DNA of 33,579 nucleotides from Bacteroidota bacterium (GCA_041175245.1 JBEDFI010000001.1:1-33579), one strand, 5' to 3'. Shown: positions 1-8,240, counted from the first letter of the stretch. A program made the numbers and translations. Notes: generated from the letters alone by a model not told the origin.

Positions 1-1
1 T

Positions 2-106
2 ACCGGTAAACACTGGATTACCAAAAAATTTGAAGGCGACGCACACGATGAAATTGCTTGGGCAAAACGACTGTCAATTCCAGTGCTATTTTTATTGAAA
101 AAATAA
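2..106 (+). CDS. 3' terminal fragment of an unidentified CDS entering from the left edge
   Basis: Frame 2 is open from the window edge to TAA at 104-106 (...HWITKKFEGDAHDEIAWAKRLSIPVLFLLKK*). A hairpin plus T-run follows at 110-134. Only 34 codons are visible and I recognise no family. Confidence 0.3.
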   Translation, partial: TGKHWITKKFEGDAHDEIAWAKRLSIPVLFLLKK

Positions 107-109
107 TTG

Positions 110-134
110 AAAGCCAATAAAAAAGGCTTTTTTT
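110..134. terminator. Weak intrinsic-terminator-like hairpin between the left-edge CDS and the 3' end of the tRNA
   Basis: AAAGCC (110-115) pairs with GGCTTT (125-130) around a 9-nt loop. A T-run follows through 134 on the + strand. An A-rich loop and flank give a similar shape on the - strand downstream of the tRNA. The stem is only 6 bp. Confidence 0.4.
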
Positions 135-135
135 G

Positions 136-222
136 CGGAGAGGGAGGGATTCGAACCCTCGATACCCTTGCGAGTATACAAACTTTCCAGGCTTGCTCTT
201 TCGACCACTCAGACACCTCTCC
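136..222 (-). tRNA. tRNA-Ser (anticodon GGA), class II with long variable arm
   Basis: The reverse complement reads GGAGAGG-TG-TCTGAGTGGTCGAAAGA-G-CAAGC-CTGGAAA-GTTTG-TATACTCGCAAGGGTATC-GAGGG-TTCGAAT-CCCTC-CCTCTCC-G. It has a 7-bp acceptor stem, a D-loop with GG, the anticodon loop CT-GGA-AA, a long variable arm and a T-loop TTCGAAT. CCA is not encoded. Confidence 0.93.
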
Positions 223-241
223 GTAAGGGAGGACAAAAGTA

Positions 242-1261
242 TCAATTTTCTGTTAATTCGCCACGTAAATTTAATGGCAACATTCGGGCGACTACATCAA
301 TGGGTTTACCTGAGCCCAAAAGGAACATCAATTTGGTTACTGCGGCCTCAAACGTCATGTCAAAACCGCTTACCACACCCATATCTTTAAGTTGTCTGCT
401 GGTTTCGTATCGGCCCAGTTCCACCGAACCACCACGGCATTGAGAAATATCCAAAATTAATTTACCATCTGCAATGGCCTGCTTCAGAGCATTTAAAAAC
501 CAGTCTTCTGTCGAGGTATTGCCTGCTCCATAAGTTTCCATGATGATGGCCTTGCAGTCTGACTGTAGTACTGCATCTACCATTTTTTGGTTGATTCCGG
601 GATATAGTTTTAGTACGGCAATAGAAGTGTCTAAGTCCTTGTGAACTTTTAGGGGTTTATTAGAAATTTTGGCAATATAACTTTCAAAAAAGCTGAAATG
701 TACCCCTGCTTCGGCTAATAAAGGATAATTCGGCGACTGAAAGGCCTCAAATTTCGCAGAATTGTATTTGGTAGCCCGATTTCCTCGTAATAACTGATAA
801 TCGAAATAAATGCATACTTCGGGCGTAAGGGCTTTACCCTCTTCCTTTTCTGCAGCAATCATGATAGCAGTGATCAGGTTCTCTTTTGCATCGGTACGTA
901 TTTCGTCAATGGGTAATTGAGAGCCGGTAAGCACTACCGGTTTCGCCAGACCTTCGAGCATGAAACTCAAGGCCGAGCTGGTAAAAGCCATCGTATCCGA
1001 TCCGTGGAGGACCACAAAACCGTCGTACTTTTGGTAATTTTTCTCAATAATTTTAGCAATATCTACCCAAATACCTGGGTTCATGTCCGAAGAATCAATG
1101 ATGGGATCAAAGGAGTGTACGGTAATTTGATGATTCAAGCGTTGCAGTTCCGGAACATTGTCTTTAATCTGCTCAAAATTAAATGGGAAAAGCACCCCCG
1201 TTTCGGGGTTGTGAACCATCCCGATGGTTCCGCCGGTATAGATGATCAGGATATTTGCCAT
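242..1261 (-). CDS. ansA: L-asparaginase, type I (cytoplasmic)
   Basis: From ORF 242..1285. The N-terminus ANILIIYTGGTIGM carries the asparaginase TGGT active-site motif, and HGSDTM lies downstream. I moved the start to the ATG at 1259-1261 (M9 of the ORF), directly before the conserved core and 24 nt after the upstream gene's stop. Confidence 0.9.
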   Translation of the reverse strand: MANILIIYTGGTIGMVHNPETGVLFPFNFEQIKDNVPELQRLNHQITVHSFDPIIDSSDMNPGIWVDIAKIIEKNYQKYDGFVVLHGSDTMAFTSSALSFMLEGLAKPVVLTGSQLPIDEIRTDAKENLITAIMIAAEKEEGKALTPEVCIYFDYQLLRGNRATKYNSAKFEAFQSPNYPLLAEAGVHFSFFESYIAKISNKPLKVHKDLDTSIAVLKLYPGINQKMVDAVLQSDCKAIIMETYGAGNTSTEDWFLNALKQAIADGKLILDISQCRGGSVELGRYETSRQLKDMGVVSGFDMTFEAAVTKLMFLLGSGKPIDVVARMLPLNLRGELTEN

Positions 1262-1285
1262 GCGATAGAGCCACAAATATCGCAA

Positions 1286-2053
1286 CTAAATACCAAATAT
1301 TTTTTGGGAATTTTGGGTCGTAATATCGGCAAGTCTTGCCAGGGAAATCTGATGTAAATCGGCTACTTTTTGAGCGATGTGAACCAAAAAACTGCTTTCA
1401 TTGGGTTTGCCCCGGTAGGGAACCGGCGCAAGGTAAGGCGAGTCGGTCTCTAAAACCAGCCATTGTAAAGGGATTTGTGCAACTACCTGATCTAATCCGG
1501 CATTTTTATAGGTCACTACTCCCCCAATCCCCAAATAAAAACCCAGATCGATGATTTGGCGAGCCTGCTCCAGCGTTCCGGTAAAACAGTGAAAAATTCC
1601 TCTCAGGTGCTCATCATGCTCCTCAAGCAGCACCTGGTAAACTTCATCAAAGGCCTCCCTACAATGGATCACAATAGGCAAATTGAGCGATTTGGCCCAG
1701 GCAATCTGAGTTTTAAAGGCCTTAATCTGCTGCGGCAAGGTACTTTTGTCCCAGTAGAGATCGATCCCAATTTCGCCGATGGCATATATTTTTTGTTTAG
1801 GAATTTCCTCAGCAATTTGACGCAAAACCGCTTCAAAATTATCCTTTACATCGCAGGGATGTAAACCCAGCATTGTGAAACAATTTTCAGGATACAACTT
1901 CGCTAAATTCATCACTAACGGAATCGAGACCACATCTACATTTGGCAAAAAAAGACGACTTACCCCCGCACCCAAAGCCCTTTGCATGAGTTGTGTGAGG
2001 GCAAGCGGATCTTGCTCATAGTACAAATGGGTATGCGTATCGGTCAGGATCAT
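1286..2053 (-). CDS. TatD-family metal-dependent hydrolase
   Basis: The protein is 255 aa. The N-terminal MILTDTHTHLY is the HxH metal site. GEIGIDLYW, IVIHCREA and LETDSPYLAP are typical TatD/YcfH motifs. Confidence 0.9.
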   Translation of the reverse strand: MILTDTHTHLYYEQDPLALTQLMQRALGAGVSRLFLPNVDVVSIPLVMNLAKLYPENCFTMLGLHPCDVKDNFEAVLRQIAEEIPKQKIYAIGEIGIDLYWDKSTLPQQIKAFKTQIAWAKSLNLPIVIHCREAFDEVYQVLLEEHDEHLRGIFHCFTGTLEQARQIIDLGFYLGIGGVVTYKNAGLDQVVAQIPLQWLVLETDSPYLAPVPYRGKPNESSFLVHIAQKVADLHQISLARLADITTQNSQKIFGI

Positions 2054-2057
2054 GCCA

Positions 2058-2065
2058 CAAAATTA
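2058..2065 (-). promoter_or_regulatory. Bacteroidota-type -7 promoter box (TAnnTTTG) 4 nt upstream of the tatD-like ATG
   Basis: The minus strand reads TAATTTTG-tggc-ATG. The box sits just downstream of the terminator hairpin at 2069-2101. Confidence 0.4.
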
Positions 2066-2068
2066 CCT

Positions 2069-2101
2069 AAAAAAAGCCCTCCGGGTATCGGAGAGCTTTT
2101 T
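2069..2101 (-). terminator. Intrinsic terminator after the nrnA-FKBP transcription unit
   Basis: AGCCCTCCG (2075-2083) pairs with CGGAGAGCT (2089-2097) around a 5-nt loop. The stem is 9 bp, with one G-U pair in the minus-strand RNA. An A7 run (2069-2075) gives a U-tail on the minus-strand transcript. Confidence 0.65.
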
Positions 2102-2113
2102 ATTGTCTTGAAA

Positions 2114-3064
2114 TTATTTTTTTACCGGAGGTGGAGGAGGAGCTATCGCACCTTTTCCAGGTGTAATTTTTACCACTTCAATCTCGAAAATTAAAGGAGT
2201 GTATGGCGGGATACCTGAATTTCCTTGTTCACCATAGGCCAATTTAGAAGGCAAAATTAAGGTTGCTTTGGTCCCTTTAGGCAGCAACATCAAGCCTTCG
2301 TCAAATCCAGGAATACTCTGACCCTGACCCACCGCCATTTTCAATGGGGCGTAAGGGCGCATGGAATTGTAGGTTCCTGATTTTTTTGCAATTTCCGGAT
2401 TGCTGGTATCAAATACTTTACCGCTTAAAAAAGAACCGGTATAGTTTACTTCAATTGTATCGCCAATTTTGGCTTTGTCACCGGCACCTGCTTTCGTTAC
2501 CACATAATTCAATCCGCTTGGAGTGACCACCGGTTTAAGAGATTTTGACTGGATGTATGCCTTCAATTTACCAGATTCTGCTTTCTTGGCAGCATCCGCA
2601 TCTGATTTAATGAAAGCATCAATCTTTTTGCCAAATTCTTCGTCACTTAACTTGCCTCTAGGCACTACCTTTTGAACTTTAACGGTAAAGAGTAAATATC
2701 TGTCTTTCGCGGCAAATGGTGGCTTGGGGCGTCCGGTTTTAGCAGCCATGGTATCCAAATCCAGCTTAATGGTTGCACTATCGCCTTCGCTCAGCATCGA
2801 AATGGCGGTGAAAAAGTCACCGTTGAATTGAGGCTTATCCACTACTAAAAAAGTAGGGCGATCGGTATCGTAGGTACTAAAAATCACAGAATCTTTTTCT
2901 GTTTTTTGTGTTCCACTGATAGCGATAAAATCTCCTTCTTTAATACTCTCTCCGTCTGCATCTGTATGGATTTTATACTGCAAACCTCCTTCTCCGGTTT
3001 TAAAACGAGTACAGCTGCCCAAGGTTAATGCAGCTAAGCCTAAAATGATGATATTTTTTTTCAT
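2114..3064 (-). CDS. FKBP-type peptidyl-prolyl cis-trans isomerase, lipoprotein
   Basis: The lipoprotein signal is MKKNIIILGLAALTLGSC. The C-terminal FKBP domain reads GLNYVVTKAGAGDKAKIGDTIEVNYTGSFLSGKVFDTS ... LILPSKLAYGEQG ... PLIFEIEVVKI. The tail PPPPPVKK is Pro-rich. Confidence 0.85.
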   Translation of the reverse strand: MKKNIIILGLAALTLGSCTRFKTGEGGLQYKIHTDADGESIKEGDFIAISGTQKTEKDSVIFSTYDTDRPTFLVVDKPQFNGDFFTAISMLSEGDSATIKLDLDTMAAKTGRPKPPFAAKDRYLLFTVKVQKVVPRGKLSDEEFGKKIDAFIKSDADAAKKAESGKLKAYIQSKSLKPVVTPSGLNYVVTKAGAGDKAKIGDTIEVNYTGSFLSGKVFDTSNPEIAKKSGTYNSMRPYAPLKMAVGQGQSIPGFDEGLMLLPKGTKATLILPSKLAYGEQGNSGIPPYTPLIFEIEVVKITPGKGAIAPPPPPVKK

Positions 3065-3078
3065 TTGTTTTTGATAAT

Positions 3079-4089
3079 TTATTGCAATAATAAACTTTTA
3101 TAAATTGGTAAAAGATTTTTAAACTGATTTACTACTTCGTTGAATGGATCGTCAGAAGCGCCACCAGCAGCGTTGCGATGTCCGCCTCCGTTAAAATATT
3201 TTTTACAGATTTCGTTCGCCGGAAAATCTCCCGTGGAGCGGAGAGAAAGTTTTACCCGGTCGGGCCGCTCAATAATTAAAGCTGCCAGCCGGATGCCATT
3301 AATAGACAGGGCATAGTTCACCAATCCCTCGGTATCGCCGGTCTCAATGTTAAACTTTTGCAAGTCCGATTCCGGAACCGTGATCATGGCCGTGTTATAT
3401 TCTGAGAAAACTTCCAATCGATTGCTTAGACAATGTCCCAAAAAACGCAATCGGTTCTCCGAGGAATTATCGTAAACCAGCTGATGAATGCGATGGTTCT
3501 CTGCCCCCTTAGCGATTAAATCGGCCACAATCTGGTGTACCTCTGCCGTGGTATTTGAATATTTGAAGGAACCAGAATCGGTCATAATACCGGTATAAAG
3601 GCAATTGGCCACATCTTTCGTGAGCAGCTCCGGTTCTTCCAGCTCATTCACAATTAATTCATATACCAGCTGAGCCGTAGCACAAGCTTTAATGGACCAT
3701 AAGCGGTAATCATCAAAATCATCGGGCTCTAAATGATGGTCAATCATCACTTTTTTGGCAGCAGATTGAGCCACCCATTCGCCCATCTCGTTGATCCGAG
3801 AAAGCGAATTAAAATCAAGACAAAAAATGAGGTCTGCAGCCGCAATCAATTCCTTAGATTTCTCCACCTGCTCCGTATACACAAGCACTTCTCCGTTGTT
3901 AGGCAGCCAATGTAAAAAAATCGGGTAATCTGTGGGAGTAATCACGTGTACATGATGCCCCTTTTGAATAAGATAGTTATACAAACCCAAGGAAGAACCC
4001 ATGGCGTCGCCATCTGGTTTATGATGCGTGGTGATGACCACGTTTCGTGGTTGAGCCAAGATATTCTTGAGTTGCTTGATGGCTAACAT
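3079..4089 (-). CDS. nrnA: DHH-family phosphoesterase, NrnA-like oligoribonuclease/pAp phosphatase
   Basis: Motifs are HHKPDGDAMGS (DHH motif I/II region), IDHH, and GGGHRNAAGG in the DHHA1 domain. The ORF extends to 4128. I prefer the ATG at 4087-4089 (M14) because a TAGTTTTG -7 box lies inside the first 13 codons of the longer ORF, and M14 gives the usual N-terminal spacing to the DGD motif. Confidence 0.85.
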   Translation of the reverse strand: MLAIKQLKNILAQPRNVVITTHHKPDGDAMGSSLGLYNYLIQKGHHVHVITPTDYPIFLHWLPNNGEVLVYTEQVEKSKELIAAADLIFCLDFNSLSRINEMGEWVAQSAAKKVMIDHHLEPDDFDDYRLWSIKACATAQLVYELIVNELEEPELLTKDVANCLYTGIMTDSGSFKYSNTTAEVHQIVADLIAKGAENHRIHQLVYDNSSENRLRFLGHCLSNRLEVFSEYNTAMITVPESDLQKFNIETGDTEGLVNYALSINGIRLAALIIERPDRVKLSLRSTGDFPANEICKKYFNGGGHRNAAGGASDDPFNEVVNQFKNLLPIYKSLLLQ

Positions 4090-4106
4090 GAGATTTTTAA
4101 GAGTTA

Positions 4107-4114
4107 CAAAACTA
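4107..4114 (-). promoter_or_regulatory. Bacteroidota-type -7 promoter box (TAnnTTTG) for nrnA
   Basis: The minus strand reads TAGTTTTG, 17 nt upstream of the ATG at 4089. Confidence 0.45.
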
Positions 4115-4208
4115 TCAAAAACCTGCATTAAAGCGCAATTTGTCGATAAAAACCTGTGCCAACTAAGAGGTATTTTAGTGTGAAATGGTAATTTCAGATC
4201 AAAAACCC

Positions 4209-4216
4209 TATTTTTG
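4209..4216 (+). promoter_or_regulatory. Bacteroidota-type -7 promoter box (TAnnTTTG) for ndk
   Basis: TATTTTTG(CAG) lies 15 nt upstream of the ATG at 4232. The same extended TATTTTTGCAG string recurs at 6202-6212. Confidence 0.5.
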
Positions 4217-4231
4217 CAGAAAATTTAAGCG

Positions 4232-4651
4232 ATGGCAACAAACAGAACTTTTACGATGATTAAGCCCGATGCGGTAAAAAACGGTCACATCGGAGCTATA
4301 TTAAATGACATCATTGCTGGCGGATTTAAGATCATAGCCATGAAATATACCCGTTTAAGTGCCGAAAAGGCCGGTGAATTTTATGCGGTGCACAAAGAAC
4401 GTCCGTTTTACGGCGAATTGGTTGAGTTTATGTCCTCTGGACCGATTGTGGCAGCCATTTTAGAAAAAGAAAATGCGGTGGAAGATTTCAGAAAATTGAT
4501 TGGTCATACGGATCCAAGCAAGGCGGAGCCTGGAACTATCCGTAATAAATATGCAAAATCGATCGATGCCAATGCGGTACATGGATCAGACTCAAATGAA
4601 AATGCAGAAATTGAAGGTAATTTTTACTTCTCTGCGTTCGAAAGATTCTAA
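4232..4651 (+). CDS. ndk: Nucleoside diphosphate kinase
   Basis: The protein is 139 aa. Motifs are [20 protein letters not shown], and NAVHGSDS with the catalytic His. Confidence 0.97.
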   Translation: MATNRTFTMIKPDAVKNGHIGAILNDIIAGGFKIIAMKYTRLSAEKAGEFYAVHKERPFYGELVEFMSSGPIVAAILEKENAVEDFRKLIGHTDPSKAEPGTIRNKYAKSIDANAVHGSDSNENAEIEGNFYFSAFERF

Positions 4652-4669
4652 ACGAATTGAATGATTTTC

Positions 4670-4702
4670 AAAAAGCTCTCTGTTGTTCAGAGGGCTTTTT
4701 TT
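4670..4702. terminator. Bidirectional intrinsic terminator between convergent ndk and the DUF721 gene
   Basis: AGCTCTCTG (4674-4682) pairs with CAGAGGGCT (4688-4696) around the loop TTGTT. The stem is 9 bp including one G-U. An A5 run precedes it and a T7 run follows. Confidence 0.75.
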
Positions 4703-4705
4703 GAT

Positions 4706-4996
4706 TTAAAGCAGTACCAGTTCTTCTACTACGTTTGCCCCGGCTTTATCATTCATTTTTTCCAGGATTTGAGAACGCATCATCAGGAGTTCACTTTTTA
4801 TAACTGAGGACTCAATACGAAGAAATAATTTTTTATCCCGGATATAAATTTCTTTGGTTCGGTTAGCGATGGCAGTCCCCATCAATTCGGGCCAGGCAGC
4901 AATTAAAGACGTTTCATCATACTTACGCCTGAGCTTATAAACCTGTAACAATTGCTCCAGGGCTTCCTTTATAGATTTATCGTTCGTTTTCCTCAT
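4706..4996 (-). CDS. DUF721 / DciA-family protein
   Basis: The protein is 96 aa. The pattern AAWPELMGTAIANRTKEIYIRDKKLFLRIESSVIKSELLMMRSQILEKMN matches the DUF721 layout (W..ivG....ht....l..g.L.v.v.s......L). It lies directly downstream of recF, and its start overlaps the recF stop (TGATG). Confidence 0.75.
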   Translation of the reverse strand: MRKTNDKSIKEALEQLLQVYKLRRKYDETSLIAAWPELMGTAIANRTKEIYIRDKKLFLRIESSVIKSELLMMRSQILEKMNDKAGANVVEELVLL

Positions 4997-6099
4997 CAGG
5001 CCTGCGTTACAGTTCCATTTTGGACCTCAAAAATGGCAACCTGCTCTCCAATTTCATTAAAAACAGAGCGGATGCGTGCTGAGCTGGTATCGGTGATAAA
5101 AATCTGTCCAAAATCGTGGTCAGAGACCTTTTGCATTAATTTCCGGGTACGTTGATCGTCCAGCTTATCGAAAATATCATCTAATAATAGCAAGGGCTCA
5201 AAGCCTTTCGTTTGTTTCAAATAGGTGTATTGAGCCAATTTAAGCGCAATTAAGAAGGATTTTTGCTGGCCTTGTGACCCGAACTTCTTCAGAGGCATCC
5301 CATGAATACTGAAAACCAACTCATCTTTGTGTACACCCATAGTGGTACGCTCCAAGATCCGGTCTTTTTCCAAGTTTTTTTGAAGTAATTCAGCCAGAGA
5401 GGCTTCGTGAAGCGGCGAATCATACACCAGACTTACCTGTTCTGCTTCTTCACTTAAAAAAGAATAGTGCCAATTAAATATTTCCGCAAACTGCTGCATA
5501 AAGTCACGGCGTTTTTGGTAAATAATCGCACCCGACTTAACCAGCTGTTCATCGTACACTTCTAATAACTGTGGATCATATTTAGAGGTGCTGGCAATTT
5601 GCCTTAAAAGCGCATTACGGTTAGTCAAACATTTGTTGTATTGAATGAGCTCATCCAAATAAGTACGGTCAGTCTGACTGATGGCATTATCCATGAACTT
5701 CCGTCGCTCCTCACTCCCCTCCATGATAATACTCACATCGTAGGGAGAAATCATCACGAGCGGAAAGAGTCCGATATGATCGGCGAGCCGTTGATACTCT
5801 TTTTTATTCCGCTTAAATTGTTTTTTTTGATGTTTTTTTAGAGAACATGCAATGGTTTCATCTTTTCCCTGCAGATTAAAAACACCCTGAACCATAAAAT
5901 AATCGGTATGCTGCTTGATCTGCTGCACATCAATGGGGTTGAAATAACTTTTACAGAGAGAGAGATAATGGATGGCGTCTAAAAGATTCGTTTTACCGGC
6001 ACCATTATTTCCTGTAAATGCATTTACGGTAGGAGAAAAGTCTAAACTTGCCTCTTCGTAATTTTTAAAATTAAGGATGGATAAACGCTGAAGCCACAT
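4996..6099 (-). CDS. recF: DNA replication and repair protein RecF
   Basis: The protein is 367 aa. Motifs are Walker A GNNGAGKTNLLDA, the SMC-like signature FGSQGQQKS and Walker B LLLLDDIFDKLD. Confidence 0.95.
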   Translation of the reverse strand: MWLQRLSILNFKNYEEASLDFSPTVNAFTGNNGAGKTNLLDAIHYLSLCKSYFNPIDVQQIKQHTDYFMVQGVFNLQGKDETIACSLKKHQKKQFKRNKKEYQRLADHIGLFPLVMISPYDVSIIMEGSEERRKFMDNAISQTDRTYLDELIQYNKCLTNRNALLRQIASTSKYDPQLLEVYDEQLVKSGAIIYQKRRDFMQQFAEIFNWHYSFLSEEAEQVSLVYDSPLHEASLAELLQKNLEKDRILERTTMGVHKDELVFSIHGMPLKKFGSQGQQKSFLIALKLAQYTYLKQTKGFEPLLLLDDIFDKLDDQRTRKLMQKVSDHDFGQIFITDTSSARIRSVFNEIGEQVAIFEVQNGTVTQA

Positions 6100-6113
6100 A
6101 TGATCTATTCGTT

Positions 6114-6121
6114 CAAATTTA
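6114..6121 (-). promoter_or_regulatory. Bacteroidota-type -7 promoter box (TAnnTTTG) for recF
   Basis: The minus strand reads TAAATTTG, 14 nt upstream of the recF ATG (6099). Confidence 0.45.
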
Positions 6122-6201
6122 CAATTTAGCCGCTGCTTTGAACTCTTTATCGAAAAATAAAGCCGAATTATTTTAAGGGTTGATTCTTAGCCGCAAAACT
6201 G

Positions 6202-6209
6202 TATTTTTG
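6202..6209 (+). promoter_or_regulatory. Bacteroidota-type -7 promoter box (TAnnTTTG) for the TPR gene
   Basis: TATTTTTG(CAG) lies 20 nt upstream of the ATG at 6230. A TTG sits about 21 nt upstream of the box, a possible -33 element. Confidence 0.5.
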
Positions 6210-6229
6210 CAGTCTTTAATTCAAATTGC

Positions 6230-6910
6230 ATGTCAGGTAAACAAAAAGATATTCAGGAAACGGTAGAAACGTCTAAAAAGTCGGGCGGTAAGTTCTTTCA
6301 GGAGAACAGTAAGAGCTTAAGTATAATTGGGGGTGCTATATTGGCTTTAGTCCTCTTGTTCTTTGGCTATCAGAAATTTTATTTGGCTCCCCGTGCTGAA
6401 AAAGCTGTGAACGAAATGTTTAAAGCTGAACAGTATGCTGCCATCGACTCTCTCAGCAATCGAGCGATCAAAGGCGACGGTTCTTATCCGGGCTTTGAGA
6501 AAATTGCTGAAGAATATTCAAACACCAAATCAGCCAACATCGCTAACGCATATTTAGGTGGTTTGTATCTTAAAAAAGGAGAATTTGAAAAAGCCATCGA
6601 AGCCCTGGGTAATTACAGCAGCACCGGCAGTCCGGTGATTGATCCCTTGGTTTTAGGAATGATGGGCGATGCTTACAGCGAACTGAAAGACTATGAGAAA
6701 GCGGCTACTTTTTATAAAAAAGCAGCAGCGAAAAAAGAAAATTCATTCACCAGCCCCTTATTTTTAAAAAAATTGGGATTGGTGTATGAAGAACTAAAAG
6801 ATTTCGATAACGCTTTAGAGTCTTACAAAAAAATTCAGGAAACTTACCCAGAAAGTGCCGAGGCCTTCAATATTGAGCAGTATATTGCCAGAGTAGAAGC
6901 AAAACTTTAA
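6230..6910 (+). CDS. Membrane-anchored tetratricopeptide-repeat protein
   Basis: The protein is 226 aa with one N-terminal TM helix (LSIIGGAILALVLLFFGY). TPR-like repeats follow (ANAYLGGLYLKKGEFEKAIEAL, GDAYSELKDYEKAATFYKKA, LGLVYEELKDFDNALESYKKI). Function is unknown. Confidence 0.7.
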   Translation: MSGKQKDIQETVETSKKSGGKFFQENSKSLSIIGGAILALVLLFFGYQKFYLAPRAEKAVNEMFKAEQYAAIDSLSNRAIKGDGSYPGFEKIAEEYSNTKSANIANAYLGGLYLKKGEFEKAIEALGNYSSTGSPVIDPLVLGMMGDAYSELKDYEKAATFYKKAAAKKENSFTSPLFLKKLGLVYEELKDFDNALESYKKIQETYPESAEAFNIEQYIARVEAKL

Positions 6911-6929
6911 TCTTTAATACCATTTGATG

Positions 6930-6970
6930 ACAGAAAGCTTGCCCTATTAAGGCAGGCTTTCTGTATTTTT
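6930..6970 (+). terminator. Intrinsic terminator after the TPR gene
   Basis: ACAGAAAGCTTGCC (6930-6943) pairs with GGCAGGCTTTCTGT (6951-6964) around the loop CTATTAA. The stem is 14 bp with one mismatch and is followed by ATTTTT. Confidence 0.8.
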
Positions 6971-6971
6971 G
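6964..6971 (+). promoter_or_regulatory. Possible -7 promoter box (TAnnTTTG) 4 nt upstream of the ribH ATG
   Basis: The sequence reads TATTTTTG-aacc-ATG. The box overlaps the T-tail of the preceding terminator, so the match could be incidental. Confidence 0.3.
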
Positions 6972-6975
6972 AACC

Positions 6976-7470
6976 ATGGCAACATCTTTAAAAAACTTGT
7001 CTGATTTTTCGCATACTGAAGTGGCTGATGCCAGTACCTTCCGTTTTGGGATTGTTGTGGCCGATTGGAATAAAGAAATCACGCAAGCATTGTTGGAGGG
7101 CGCCTACGACACACTGATTAAGCAGGGCGCCAAGGCAGAACACATCAAAACCATCCAGGTGCCCGGCACCTATGAACTCATCGCCGGGGCAGATATGCTG
7201 CTGGCTTTCAAAAACTTCAACGCTGTAATCTGTTTGGGTTGCGTGATTCAGGGAGAGACCCGTCACTTCGATTTTATCTGTAATGCAGCTGCAAACGGGA
7301 TCGCACAGGTGGCCATTAAATACAACAAACCGGTTGTTTTTGGTGTGCTAACCACCGATACCTTCGCTCAGGCGCAAGACCGCTGCGGAGGAAAACACGG
7401 CAATAAAGGAGTGGAAGCAGCTGTTACCGCCATTCAAATGGCAAACCTGCAACATCAGCTGGCCATTTAA
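6976..7470 (+). CDS. ribH: 6,7-dimethyl-8-ribityllumazine synthase
   Basis: The protein is 164 aa. Motifs are RFGIVVADWNKEIT, VPGTYELIAGA, ICLGCVIQGETRHFDFI and VVFGVLTTD. Confidence 0.95.
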   Translation: MATSLKNLSDFSHTEVADASTFRFGIVVADWNKEITQALLEGAYDTLIKQGAKAEHIKTIQVPGTYELIAGADMLLAFKNFNAVICLGCVIQGETRHFDFICNAAANGIAQVAIKYNKPVVFGVLTTDTFAQAQDRCGGKHGNKGVEAAVTAIQMANLQHQLAI

Positions 7471-7497
7471 TTCTAATTTACAATACATCTTGAACGT

Positions 7498-7827
7498 ATG
7501 AACTGGATACCACTCACCGATCTGGAGCAGTTGAACAACATCAAAGCTTCGAATTCCAAGAGCCTCATTTTCAAACATAGCACCCGTTGTTCGATCAGCC
7601 TGATGGCTAAAAAAAGATTGGAAATGGAGGCTGTATTAATTCCCGAGGAGGTTCCGGTTTATTACCTCGACCTATTAAACTACCGTGAAATTTCCAATGC
7701 CATTGCAGAGATTTTCCAGGTACATCATGAATCACCACAATTACTGGTCATCAAAAGTGGCGAGTGCGTATTCGAAGCCTCTCATGGAGACATCTCCGGT
7801 GCAGAAGCAGCGGTACAATTAGCCTAA
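7498..7827 (+). CDS. ytxJ: YtxJ-like monothiol thioredoxin-fold protein (bacillithiol system)
   Basis: The protein is 109 aa. The single-Cys motif FKHSTRCSIS corresponds to the T-C-P/S-I-S motif of the YtxJ/DUF2847 family. The C-terminal HESPQLLVIKSGE is typical of the family. bshA lies in the same window. Confidence 0.75.
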   Translation: MNWIPLTDLEQLNNIKASNSKSLIFKHSTRCSISLMAKKRLEMEAVLIPEEVPVYYLDLLNYREISNAIAEIFQVHHESPQLLVIKSGECVFEASHGDISGAEAAVQLA

Positions 7828-8240
7828 GACCAATTAAATACGAGTTTTTCCTCCAAATCAGGGTGTAAACTTTTGGCTACCGGACAGGTTTTGGCGGCAC
7901 GCTCTAAAATGATTTTTACTTTATCGCTGTACTCCCCGGCTGGAAAATTGAACACAATTTCTACGGCACCTACTCTTCTCGGATCGGTTGCCATCACTTT
8001 AGTAATGGAACAAGTGGTGCCGTCAATATTGACTTTTTGCTCCCGAGCTACAATTCCCATCACGGTCAGGATACAACTTCCCAAAGCAGTTGCCAACAAA
8101 TCGGTGGGTGAAAAAGCCTCCCCTTTTCCCTGATTATCAATGGGCGCATCGGTAATAATTTGTTCACCGGAACGCACATGGGTCGCCTGTGTACGTAATT
8201 CACCTAAATAAACGGTCTCTACAGTTGCCATAGCTTTCAA
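7824..8240 (-). CDS. OsmC/Ohr-family peroxiredoxin-like protein
   Basis: The protein is 138 aa. Motifs are AFSPTDLLATALGSCILTVMG and AAKTCPVAKSL, which carry the two conserved Cys of the OsmC family. Its stop overlaps the ytxJ stop in antisense (CTAA at 7824-7827). Confidence 0.8.
   Translation of the reverse strand: MKAMATVETVYLGELRTQATHVRSGEQIITDAPIDNQGKGEAFSPTDLLATALGSCILTVMGIVAREQKVNIDGTTCSITKVMATDPRRVGAVEIVFNFPAGEYSDKVKIILERAAKTCPVAKSLHPDLEEKLVFNWS

Noticed and set aside
18-245. A 75-aa minus-strand ORF, and the + strand ORFs 133-390 and 168-443, covering the tRNA region.
   Set aside because: They run through the tRNA-Ser gene and the 3' end of ansA in the wrong frame or strand, so they are shadow ORFs.
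3054-3061. Homopolymer runs as possible phase-variation switches: T8/A8 at the FKBP lipoprotein start, plus T8 at 5821-5828 in recF.
   Set aside because: They encode ordinary Lys-rich stretches (MKKN..., KKHQKK) in housekeeping genes of an AT-leaning genome. Nothing suggests contingency-locus behaviour.
6911-6975. A possible FMN riboswitch upstream of ribH. T-box or leader structures upstream of serS (17987-18089) and ileS (24562-24635) were considered too.
   Set aside because: The ribH upstream spacer is 65 nt and is fully accounted for by a terminator hairpin. The serS and ileS leaders are short and show no specifier, T-box or conserved riboswitch cores that I can recognise.
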